A stretch of 64,000 bases of DNA, taken from contig CAZPLO010000001.1 in assembly GCA_964587725.1 (NCBI GenBank), forward strand, positions 32,001 through 96,000, read 5' to 3'. Every line of letters starts with the position of its first letter. Positions within the stretch are counted from its first letter, which is position 1. Shown piece by piece: positions 38,764 to 47,682 of this stretch. A program made the position numbers and the translations under genes. This DNA is from an uncultured archaeon. GTDB taxonomy: Archaea > Altiarchaeota > Altiarchaeia > IMC4 > SCGC-AAA252-I15. The notes below the pieces were generated by a model. That model worked only from the letters and a program-made list of their open reading frames with translations, searched no databases and had not been told where the DNA came from.

Positions 38764-40919
38764 AGTATTACGGCGGCCGCGGAGACGGTGAGGAGGATGC
38801 CCAGCCAATCCACCGCGGTCTTACTGTATACCAGCCGCACCCGCTCCTCCGCCGGATAAACCAGCATGAAAGACGGCGACACCAGATAGACCCTGTCCGC
38901 GCCCTCCGCCCGCCAGCTCGGATAATAGGAGACGCTTATTATGTGGGGTTCGCCCACGCAGTCGGTGGTGAACTCTATCGACTCCGCCTCCACGATTTCC
39001 CGGACGCTGCACTCCCTGCCGACGGGAGCTCCTTCCAGGGTTTCGAGGTCGCCCATCACCGCATCCTCGTAGACGGAGGTGAAGTGCTCACGGTCCACCG
39101 AATCCACGGAGTGTTTGAAGGCCACGGGCGTGTCCAACAGTTCAACGCGCTTGAACCATTGGTAGCTGATGTTCTTCCAGTCCGACGTCTCAAACAATAC
39201 CGGACGGTTCTCTGGAACAGTCACGTACTGCCCGGTGTTGGTGGTGAGCTCCCACACCTCAAACGGGTCCTCCGAGTAGGCGAGCCGCCACTCCGGATGC
39301 TCTCTTAAAGCTTTTTTGGCTTTCTCGCTCCGCGCAACCAGATACTGTGTGTTGAACAGCTTCAGGTGCTCGGTGCCGTTTCCAAGATTGAATGAGGTGC
39401 ACGGATATATCGCCCAGAAGGGGCAGCTCTGCTGTTCACTCACCTCCGACTGTATGTAGAATGTGAAGGGGGACGTGTGTATGGACTGCATGTACAGGCC
39501 CTCCAGTATGCTGCGGCCCGCGAACAAAGGTATGCTCTCGAATGCACGCACGGTGCCGGCTGCGTTGTGCTGGTCGCTGTGCTCGAACTTCGCCCTCGGG
39601 CTGGCTACGCCGCCCCCCATGAAGTCGTTCACCGCCTTATACTGCGGCCACAGACTCTTCCTTTCGAACCCTTCGTAGTTCCACCGCACCCAGTGGGGGG
39701 TGAATCCGCTGTACTTCCACTCCAGCAGCTGCGGAACAACCTGGTTGGTGTTGAACTTCACCCCGTCGTCGGAGACCGACACAACAGCCTTGCTGCCGTT
39801 CACCCAGTAAACTGTGAGCAGTACTACAATCAACGGGACAATCCATTTGGCCTTCAGCGGGCGGATGAGCTGCTGCAGCCCGTATGCGCCGGCGAGCATC
39901 AGCGTAACATAAACGAACGGGAGGAACCGTATGTCCACCACACCCAGCTTCGAGGCGAGGAAGAAGAACACCAGACCCGACAATATGGAGTAGCCGAGAT
40001 ACCAGACCCTCTTATCCCGGCTGTACAGTGAGGTGAAGAAGCCGAACCCCGCCAAAACCACGAACGGCCACAGAATCGGAGGCATCACGTCCTCCGTAAT
40101 CCGCCAGGGTATGTCGTATGCTGTGGTGTATTTTATGCGGGCCAGCAGGGGTATAATCCAGAAGCCAGTAAGCATGAACGCGAGCGGATAGGATTTCGCC
40201 ATGTACAGTATGCGAGATTTCACGTCGTCCATGTTTTTCCTCAGCAGCAGATAGGTAGTTGACAGCACAGCCCACAACACCGTGTACACGTGGGTCAACG
40301 CCACGAACGCCAGCAACACTGAGTTGTGGAGCACGTATTTCCTGTCTTCCATGCCGCGGTACATGAGGCCGAGGAACAGTATCGTCAGCGACAGGCTTAT
40401 GCTGTAGCTGAATTCGCCGGCGAGGGTGCTGGGGATGTTGCCCCCCCACATGCTGTGGGACTCCATGAACAGGAACGGGAGAGAGAATGCGGCCGCCGCA
40501 GAGGGTACGGGGAACTTGAACCGCATCAGCTTCATGCACGCGTAAGCCGTCAAAGGCAGGGTGAACACCCCCAGCACGGTCACCAGCTTGAACGCTATCT
40601 GCAGGGGCATCACATAGCTCATCAGCGCCATCAACACGAACGGGACCGTGAAGTAGAACTGGAACAACGGCATGCCGCCGTACCATCCCGGCAGCCACCC
40701 CATAACATGGCCTTTAGGCAGCAGTTCGTCGCGTAGGAACTCCGCAGGATAGTAATGTGATGCGGTGTCTCCGCCGGCGGTTATGGTCTCGCTCAACATC
40801 ACGTCTGGGGTGAATACACTCAGGAGGAAGCCGTAGACCGCCAGCAACACCACCGCATCAACCACTGACTCCGCGGCGACCTCAACCCTGCGCCCCATGA
40901 ACTCGAATGTGCGGCTCAT
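38712..40919 (-). CDS. PTPS-related/YfhO-like GT-C membrane protein
   Basis: GGDTASHYYP, WYGGMPLFQFY, GGNIPSTLAGEFSYS, WNYEGFE, SYYPSW; start re-set to 40919. Confidence 0.8.
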   Translation of the reverse strand: MSRTFEFMGRRVEVAAESVVDAVVLLAVYGFLLSVFTPDVMLSETITAGGDTASHYYPAEFLRDELLPKGHVMGWLPGWYGGMPLFQFYFTVPFVLMALMSYVMPLQIAFKLVTVLGVFTLPLTAYACMKLMRFKFPVPSAAAAFSLPFLFMESHSMWGGNIPSTLAGEFSYSISLSLTILFLGLMYRGMEDRKYVLHNSVLLAFVALTHVYTVLWAVLSTTYLLLRKNMDDVKSRILYMAKSYPLAFMLTGFWIIPLLARIKYTTAYDIPWRITEDVMPPILWPFVVLAGFGFFTSLYSRDKRVWYLGYSILSGLVFFFLASKLGVVDIRFLPFVYVTLMLAGAYGLQQLIRPLKAKWIVPLIVVLLTVYWVNGSKAVVSVSDDGVKFNTNQVVPQLLEWKYSGFTPHWVRWNYEGFERKSLWPQYKAVNDFMGGGVASPRAKFEHSDQHNAAGTVRAFESIPLFAGRSILEGLYMQSIHTSPFTFYIQSEVSEQQSCPFWAIYPCTSFNLGNGTEHLKLFNTQYLVARSEKAKKALREHPEWRLAYSEDPFEVWELTTNTGQYVTVPENRPVLFETSDWKNISYQWFKRVELLDTPVAFKHSVDSVDREHFTSVYEDAVMGDLETLEGAPVGRECSVREIVEAESIEFTTDCVGEPHIISVSYYPSWRAEGADRVYLVSPSFMLVYPAEERVRLVYSKTAVDWLGILLTVSAAAVILYTVFGRSQKLKRFFSL

Positions 40920-41728
40920 CTCCGCACCTGATAGTAAAGTAGTACGACAACCAGCGCAGCCAGTATTAATAGCGGCGTCCAAGGGGGGAGGCCGCCCTCA
41001 CCCGCCTCCACAATGGACACCATGCCATTGGCGGCCGCGCTGTAGTGGAAGTCCTCCTCAGCGTAGTCCATGGTCGCGAAAACAACGTAGCTGGACCCAG
41101 GCAGCGCCCCGAACGATTTCACCGGAAAAGACAGCCGGCTTATGCCCCGGGCTGGGACTTCAATGTCTCTGACGTAGTAGTTGGCTGCGAGTTCATCCGG
41201 GAGGTGCAGGCGGACGGTGACGTCATGGGGTTTTTCGTCTAGGTTGCTGACCTCCAGGCGTAGGTCGCCTCCTTGTTCAGGGGTTATCTTGAGCTCCTCC
41301 ACGGCTCCGCGAAGGCGGAACGGGGTGGGGTTCATGTAGCGTATGAACAGGGGGGAGATGGTGGAGAAGGGGTATGCGTTGGCGTCAGTGTAATGCGTCT
41401 TCAACACCACCGCATAGGTTCCCGGCTTCACGGAGTCGTTGACGGACACGGTGTAGGAGTGCGTCTGGGGTGCATTGGGGTTGAGCACGCCCAGGTGCGC
41501 CGGTTCAGCGGTGAAGCCTTCCGGAAGCACCAAATCCACTTGGACGTCGTATGCCGGCTCGTCGCCGGTGTTCAACACGGTCACGTTCAATGGGAAAGAG
41601 TCTTCCGTTACCACCTCCGTCTGCGCCACAGACACCGTCATCTGTATGTAGGATGCCGAACAAGACCCCGACAGAAGGCATAAGACTAAAAACGCGTTTA
41701 AAAGTCCGTCTTTCATGAAATCAGCCAC
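40916..41728 (-). CDS. Membrane-anchored CARDB/NEW3 Ig-like (COG1361-like) surface protein
   Basis: Signal peptide, VLNTGDEPAYDV, C-terminal TM with basic tail. Confidence 0.75.
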   Translation of the reverse strand: MADFMKDGLLNAFLVLCLLSGSCSASYIQMTVSVAQTEVVTEDSFPLNVTVLNTGDEPAYDVQVDLVLPEGFTAEPAHLGVLNPNAPQTHSYTVSVNDSVKPGTYAVVLKTHYTDANAYPFSTISPLFIRYMNPTPFRLRGAVEELKITPEQGGDLRLEVSNLDEKPHDVTVRLHLPDELAANYYVRDIEVPARGISRLSFPVKSFGALPGSSYVVFATMDYAEEDFHYSAAANGMVSIVEAGEGGLPPWTPLLILAALVVVLLYYQVRR

Positions 41729-41777
41729 TCCCTTTTAATTGGAAATCAATATTATTAACTAGTCGGTTAATAAAAGA

Positions 41778-43502
41778 ATGAATTTCTTAAGACGGCGTGG
41801 GCGCGCGGGGCAGGCGGGTTTGGAGAGCATAATACTCTACGGGGGCGTCATAGTCGTCTTGGCCGTGGGCTTGGTGGTGGTGTGGCAGAGCGGCATCCTC
41901 CGCCCCTTCCTGGGCCTCAAAGGCTACGTGGGATTCAGCCAGGTGGTGCCTGAGGACTGGTCTGTGGGCGTGGACAACGTAGCCTACATGAGTTTGAAGA
42001 ACACCGGCAGCGCGCCGGTCAACATACACGCCCTCGGCGTCGACGTACGTGTTGGGAGGGTACAGTGTGAGCCCTCTCCTCTGGAGGCGGAGGCCGTGCA
42101 GCCTGGAGGCGGAGCCATACTGACGTTCATATGCCCCGGCCCGCCGCCGATAAACGATGAATACGAGGTCGGAGACTACTACGAAGCGGACGTCACCATA
42201 AACTACACCAACCTTGTTTCAAACCGGTTCCACCAGAGCGTGGGCAAACTATACGGTCTCATGGAGGTCGCGGACCTTCCCATCCCAACCACCGTCACCA
42301 CCATGACGGGAACGACGCTGCCGTGCGGATGCTTTGAATGCGAATGCAACAAGTCGGGGGAGATAGATGAGGAAAACTGTGAGAAAATACGGTACGGACA
42401 GAGCTGCGACTACTGCCCGGAGAGACTGGACCTGGACGGCAAGCGGAAGTGCTGGTACAGGGGCAAATGCGGGGACAACTGCAACATCAACAAGGACTGC
42501 GTGGACCGCAACGCCAACTACGGACACCTTAACGTCTGCAGGGACTGCGTGGACGGAAAGTGCAGGGAGAGCTCGCACCCCTGGTATCCATCCTGCGGCC
42601 AGTGCGATTCGGAGGACGCGGGCACACTCTACAGCCCTAAATGCGACGGCGAAGAATGCCCGTACTGCCAGAGGGAGTGGGTGCAGTTGAGCGAGCTCCC
42701 CGGCGAAAGCGAAGGATACTATAGTTACTCCTGCACCACAGGAGACGACTGCGGGGACTCCTGCCTGAACTTCGGAGACGACGTGTACGAGGAGTGCCAG
42801 GTACGGTGCGTGCACTGCAGCGAAACCCCTGGCGGAGAGCCCACCTGCAGCCAGGGAAGCTGCGGGGAACGCTGCAGCGTAACAGACGACCCCACCTGCA
42901 ACAGAGGCTGCCTGTGGTGCAACCTCACAACGTACAAGTGCGAATTGGGAGACTGCGGCAGACCCTGCGTGATAGGGGACGACGCCTGCCAGCTCGGCTG
43001 TGATACTTGCTGGGACGGACGGTGCGTCGACACCGAAGTAGGCGTCACCATAGACGCGCACAACGGCACCGGCGGAGACGTGGTGGCTGAGAACACCACC
43101 ATCCACCTGGACGTCCGCGGAGAATGCGACGACGGAATACACCGGATTCTGGTCAGCAACAGCATACCTCTGCCCCGTGGATTCGACGGCATCACCAGCT
43201 GCAGGGACGTGGCCAACGACCGAAACAGGCTCGGCGCGATAGAGGATCCGTACGGCGACCCCCAGACTGCGGAGTGGATGAACACGTGGAACATAACCTG
43301 GAACGACACATATAGCTGCGGCGGCGTGAGCCCCTGCGCCAACGTGTGGGAGACCAACGAGTCCGAGATAAACGTTTACTGTTATTTCGCATTGGCTCAG
43401 AAGCAGACGCTGTTCGGCGGAGGCAGGTGGAGCATGATAGCGTCCGACTACATCCAGGTAGGGGACATCGACGTCTACCTTGCTTTCCCGCCTCCCTTTT
43501 AG
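41778..43502 (+). CDS. Pilin-like protein C1 with long Cys-rich extension
   Basis: AG|QAGLESIILYGGVIVV; repeated CG..C...C..C units. Confidence 0.75.
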   Translation: MNFLRRRGRAGQAGLESIILYGGVIVVLAVGLVVVWQSGILRPFLGLKGYVGFSQVVPEDWSVGVDNVAYMSLKNTGSAPVNIHALGVDVRVGRVQCEPSPLEAEAVQPGGGAILTFICPGPPPINDEYEVGDYYEADVTINYTNLVSNRFHQSVGKLYGLMEVADLPIPTTVTTMTGTTLPCGCFECECNKSGEIDEENCEKIRYGQSCDYCPERLDLDGKRKCWYRGKCGDNCNINKDCVDRNANYGHLNVCRDCVDGKCRESSHPWYPSCGQCDSEDAGTLYSPKCDGEECPYCQREWVQLSELPGESEGYYSYSCTTGDDCGDSCLNFGDDVYEECQVRCVHCSETPGGEPTCSQGSCGERCSVTDDPTCNRGCLWCNLTTYKCELGDCGRPCVIGDDACQLGCDTCWDGRCVDTEVGVTIDAHNGTGGDVVAENTTIHLDVRGECDDGIHRILVSNSIPLPRGFDGITSCRDVANDRNRLGAIEDPYGDPQTAEWMNTWNITWNDTYSCGGVSPCANVWETNESEINVYCYFALAQKQTLFGGGRWSMIASDYIQVGDIDVYLAFPPPF

Positions 43503-43509
43503 GTTTAAG

Positions 43510-46500
43510 ATGAGCAGAGGCTACGTGGTCACCTGGGACGCGCTGATTGCCCTCAGCTTCGTCCTCTTCCTGATGGTGGGTTTCATAGGCGTACAGTACT
43601 TCGGCCGCGTCGCCCGCGGAGGCAGCGCCTTCGAACGCGCTCACGCGGTGGCCGAGAACGCCATGGACACCATGAACCGCCAGGGTGTGCTGGAGGAGAT
43701 AGCCCAGGAGTGGGCTCTCGGAAACAACGCGTCCGCAGGAAACCTAACCAAAGAATACTTCGACAACGTAATACCCCCGCAGATGGGATACCGCCTTGAG
43801 GCCGTCACCCCCGGGGGTGTGAAGGCCATATACGGCAGCGGAGACGACCGGCCCCCGGAAGAAGACGCCACGGACCAGACCAAAGCCTCCAGACACCTCT
43901 CCGGATACAAGGAGGACGCCCCCAGGTCGGGGTGGACGGGCCGCGCGTGGCTCATAGAAAACCAGAGCTGGTCCGTAAACCTCGTCTCGAACAGGAGCTC
44001 TTTTTTCCCGGGCTGGGAGAGCGTGTCCCTGAAATACAGTCCTGTTCCCCTGAGAAACAACACATTCTATCTCTTGGTGCCGGGTGGAAGCAGCCTTAAA
44101 CACGCCTCCTTCAACGTCAGCTGGGAGGGGGGGTCGGTCCCCTCCTACACCACCTTAACCTCTTCATCCAGTTCGTCGTCCTCCAGCTCAACCTCCTCTT
44201 CCTCCACCACGGAGCCGAGGGACTGCCACGACTGTCCGCCAGGAGAAGGCTGCGGCACACCCGGATGGCATGAGATGTCCGGGGACGACTACAACTACCA
44301 CAACTTCACCATCGGTTCTGGGGACAGCTGCAACCTCAACCTTAACATATACCGGGAACCGGCCAACCACATGCTGGGGTTCAACCTCTATGACATATAC
44401 TTCAACCGGATGGACTACTGCGAGCCCTGCCCGCCGGATGACCCTAACTGCCAGTGCATGTGCAGCCACCCCGAGAGCAGGCCGGACCTGAGGCCCTGGG
44501 ACTGCGAGACCATAGACATTTTCTACGAAAGCTACGAATCCTGTCCAGTGCCGGACCTGCCTCCCGGAACCTACGAGATTATGGTGGACTGCTGGAACCC
44601 TGAGGGGATTTCAGTCGACTTCTGCCCCGGCAGATACTACGTGTACGTAACCTCCGACGGCGGCGACAACTGCCCCAACGACCCGCCCCCGTCCTTCTCC
44701 ACATCAACTTCCACCGCGGCGACCACCGTGGAGGAACCGGGCATGATAGCGCACTGGAAGTTCGACGAAAGCACCGGGCAGATTGCCCTAGACTCCATAG
44801 GCGACCACGACGGCACCCTGTACGGGCCCGAGCGAACGGATGATGCGGTGGACGGACGGGCTTTGTATTTCACCGGCACCGGCGACCTAGTCAGCGTACC
44901 CGACGATTCCGCTCTGGATTTGGCGGAATTCACCCTTGTGGCGTGGATTAAAATGGACAGCAGCGCCCAGCTAGACAATTACCCCGCCATAGTGGGTAAG
45001 GGAACGGGGGGTAACAGTAACAGAAACTACCGGATGGGGGTGATACAGGCCTCAGGGACAGCTGAGGGAGGCTTCCACAACACCGCCGGGGGATGGATTT
45101 CCGTTGAGGGAGATTACGTGGGAGACAACACCTGGCACCATGTGGTGTTAACCTATGACCGGTCCCATCTGAGGATATACGTGGACGGTGAAGAACCAAA
45201 CTCCTTACCGGCGACCGGCACGCCCGCAACAAACAACGAACCCCTGGAGATAGGCAATGTTGAAGGTGATGATTTAAAGGGTATCGTAGACGACGTGAGG
45301 ATGTACAATTACGCCCTTGACGCGGGGGAGGTTCAGTCCATCTACGATGAAACAAGGCCGGACAACAAGGGAGACGCCTGCACCGAGGACAGCGACTGCA
45401 TGTCGGGGAACTGCGCGCCAGACTACGACGGGGATGGAAGCTGGTGTGCTCCGGCGGGCAACTGCGCCCACAGCCCCACCAGCTCATGCGATGAAACCTG
45501 CTACGGATACCGACAGGGAGACTACGGCGCAGACTGCATAGACGACACCCACCTGCACCAGTGCGACCCGGACGGAAACGGCGACGGGGTGTGGGGAATC
45601 GTTCTCTGCCCGGTATGCAGTCCCGCGGAGCCGGAACCCAAGGACACCCCCTGCATAGGAAGGTGGATGTGCCAGGACACCGGCGGCCATGCCTCCTGCG
45701 ACGCAGGCTGCACCAGAGACGGGGCGGCATGCGACTTCTGCGGAAGCTACGCCAGGGACACGCCAGGAAGCGACACTTGGTACGACGGAGAATGCCTGGC
45801 CGGGGTGTGCGAGACCGTTAAGATAGAGTGCCAGCGTTGTATGTCCTGCAGGAACCTGTCACAGTACGAGTGTTTGTGCACGGCAACCGGAGGCGTCAAC
45901 AACTACGTCTACGGCGAGGAGGATAACGTGGGACCCAACACCTGCTACGGAACACAATACTGTGACGGCGCGGGGGGCTGCCTGTCGCCGGTAACATGCT
46001 CCAACTGGCCCATCAACATAATATATGAGTCAGATATGTGCTCCGACTCGTGGGACTGCGACGACGACGGAAGCGAAGACGGCAACCACACGAGGTTAAG
46101 CTGGAGAAACCATGGTTCCGGAGACTACTACATTGGGGGGTGGCACGAGTATGATGACCCTGTGGAGGAATGGACTCACACGAACCGGGACGACGATGAC
46201 GTCTCCATAGGGGTGGAGCAGGTAGATTTTGACGGAAGCCCCTACGTACACCACGGCTCCTCATTCGACTTCACAGCCTACGTGGGGGAGGGAGTCGACA
46301 CGTTAAGCTTTGGCTTCTCTGCCATGCCAAGAGGCAACTGCTATGAAACAGTAGAACTCTACGCCTCCGGAACCCTGCTGGGATCCTGCGACATAGGGGG
46401 CGTGGACTGCAACAACGACAACCTGCTACCCCCCGTAGGTGATTCGGTGTGGCATTACTGCACCATAGATGTGAGTGGAATCCAGGGCGGGGGACCGGTG

Positions 46501-46626
46501 ACGCCGGGTGCGGTCAACACATTCAACGTCGAATTCCCGCTGCTCCCCGGTGTTTCTGGACCGATGGGTTGCAGCGCGTACCCGTGCACCATGTTCATCG
46601 ACGCGATAGGTATTACATGCGGCTGA
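43510..46626 (+). CDS. Pilin-like giant adhesin C2 with LamG domain and Cys-rich regions (N-terminus paralogous to A4)
   Basis: RG|YVVTWDALIALSF; AHWKFDE...FTLVAWIK...WHHVVLTYD...GIVDDVRMYNYAL. Confidence 0.82.
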   Translation: MSRGYVVTWDALIALSFVLFLMVGFIGVQYFGRVARGGSAFERAHAVAENAMDTMNRQGVLEEIAQEWALGNNASAGNLTKEYFDNVIPPQMGYRLEAVTPGGVKAIYGSGDDRPPEEDATDQTKASRHLSGYKEDAPRSGWTGRAWLIENQSWSVNLVSNRSSFFPGWESVSLKYSPVPLRNNTFYLLVPGGSSLKHASFNVSWEGGSVPSYTTLTSSSSSSSSSSTSSSSTTEPRDCHDCPPGEGCGTPGWHEMSGDDYNYHNFTIGSGDSCNLNLNIYREPANHMLGFNLYDIYFNRMDYCEPCPPDDPNCQCMCSHPESRPDLRPWDCETIDIFYESYESCPVPDLPPGTYEIMVDCWNPEGISVDFCPGRYYVYVTSDGGDNCPNDPPPSFSTSTSTAATTVEEPGMIAHWKFDESTGQIALDSIGDHDGTLYGPERTDDAVDGRALYFTGTGDLVSVPDDSALDLAEFTLVAWIKMDSSAQLDNYPAIVGKGTGGNSNRNYRMGVIQASGTAEGGFHNTAGGWISVEGDYVGDNTWHHVVLTYDRSHLRIYVDGEEPNSLPATGTPATNNEPLEIGNVEGDDLKGIVDDVRMYNYALDAGEVQSIYDETRPDNKGDACTEDSDCMSGNCAPDYDGDGSWCAPAGNCAHSPTSSCDETCYGYRQGDYGADCIDDTHLHQCDPDGNGDGVWGIVLCPVCSPAEPEPKDTPCIGRWMCQDTGGHASCDAGCTRDGAACDFCGSYARDTPGSDTWYDGECLAGVCETVKIECQRCMSCRNLSQYECLCTATGGVNNYVYGEEDNVGPNTCYGTQYCDGAGGCLSPVTCSNWPINIIYESDMCSDSWDCDDDGSEDGNHTRLSWRNHGSGDYYIGGWHEYDDPVEEWTHTNRDDDDVSIGVEQVDFDGSPYVHHGSSFDFTAYVGEGVDTLSFGFSAMPRGNCYETVELYASGTLLGSCDIGGVDCNNDNLLPPVGDSVWHYCTIDVSGIQGGGPVTPGAVNTFNVEFPLLPGVSGPMGCSAYPCTMFIDAIGITCG

Positions 46627-46664
46627 CGGGCCTGTATTTAAGTCCGAATTCCATAATATAATGG

Positions 46665-47165
46665 ATGGCTTCGGTGATGAAATCCGCTGTTGTTCGCAAC
46701 ATTCTATCGGAGTCCATGAGCGAAAACCACATCTGCGTCCTGGATAAGCTGTCCGGGCCCAAGTACGACGAAGACATCGCGTCCGATCTGGGACTGAAGG
46801 CCACCATTATTCGAACACTGTTGAACGACCTTCACCAGAATAGCCTCGTCGAGTACCAGAGGACGAAAAACAAGAGGACCGGGTGGTACACGTACCTGTG
46901 GGTTAGGCGGGAGGACAAGATAAAGGACTACGTGCAGGGATACCTGAAAACGCAGCTTTTAGACCTTAACGACCGCCTTGGGGATGAGACGAACGTGGTG
47001 ACGTTCCAGTGCGAGTGCATGCGCGTCCCCTATGACGCGGCTATGGAGGCGGGTTTCATATGCCCCCGCTGCAGTAAGCCGTTTGTGGAGTGCGACAACA
47101 GCCTGGTCATCGACGGGATAGTTAGCGAGGTCGCCCGCATAAACAGTCTGCTGGAGCAGACGTGA
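46665..47165 (+). CDS. tfe: Transcription factor E (TFE alpha)
   Basis: DEDIASDLG, IRTLLNDL, TGWYTYLW, FICPRC. Confidence 0.88.
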   Translation: MASVMKSAVVRNILSESMSENHICVLDKLSGPKYDEDIASDLGLKATIIRTLLNDLHQNSLVEYQRTKNKRTGWYTYLWVRREDKIKDYVQGYLKTQLLDLNDRLGDETNVVTFQCECMRVPYDAAMEAGFICPRCSKPFVECDNSLVIDGIVSEVARINSLLEQT

Positions 47166-47166
47166 G

Positions 47167-47682
47167 ATGTCTGAGTTAAGCAGGGAAGACGCCATCCGGT
47201 TGCTGTCAGATAACAATACACCCCAAAGAGTTATTGAACATTGTTTAACCGTTTCTTCTTTGGCTGTTGGGATTGCAGAGAAAATAAGGGCTGCCGGCCA
47301 TGAAGTCGACGTCGAATTCATAGAAACAGCCGCCTTATTACACGACATCGGACGCTCCAGGACACAGGAGATGCGGCACAACGTAGAAGGCGCCGACATA
47401 CTGAAAAAGTATCCGAGGTACGCTCGAGTGGCTGAACGCCACATCGGGGCAGGCATAACAAAAGCTGAGGCCGCCGAACTCGGACTGCCCGCTAAAGACT
47501 ATCTGCCTGAAACACTGGAGGAGGGGATAATAGCGTACGCAGACAACCTCGTGGACGAAGACCGCGTAGTCAGCTTCGATGAAACTCTGGACAGGTTCAA
47601 ACGGGAACTCGGACCACAACACCCCGCAGTCGGACGGCTTAAGAAACTGCACAGGAGAATAACCGAGATAGGGGGTAGTTAG
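47167..47682 (+). CDS. HD-domain (HDIG) phosphohydrolase, TIGR00295-like
   Basis: EHC, LLHDIGR, ERHIGAG, PETLEE..IAYAD. Confidence 0.88.
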   Translation: MSELSREDAIRLLSDNNTPQRVIEHCLTVSSLAVGIAEKIRAAGHEVDVEFIETAALLHDIGRSRTQEMRHNVEGADILKKYPRYARVAERHIGAGITKAEAAELGLPAKDYLPETLEEGIIAYADNLVDEDRVVSFDETLDRFKRELGPQHPAVGRLKKLHRRITEIGGS

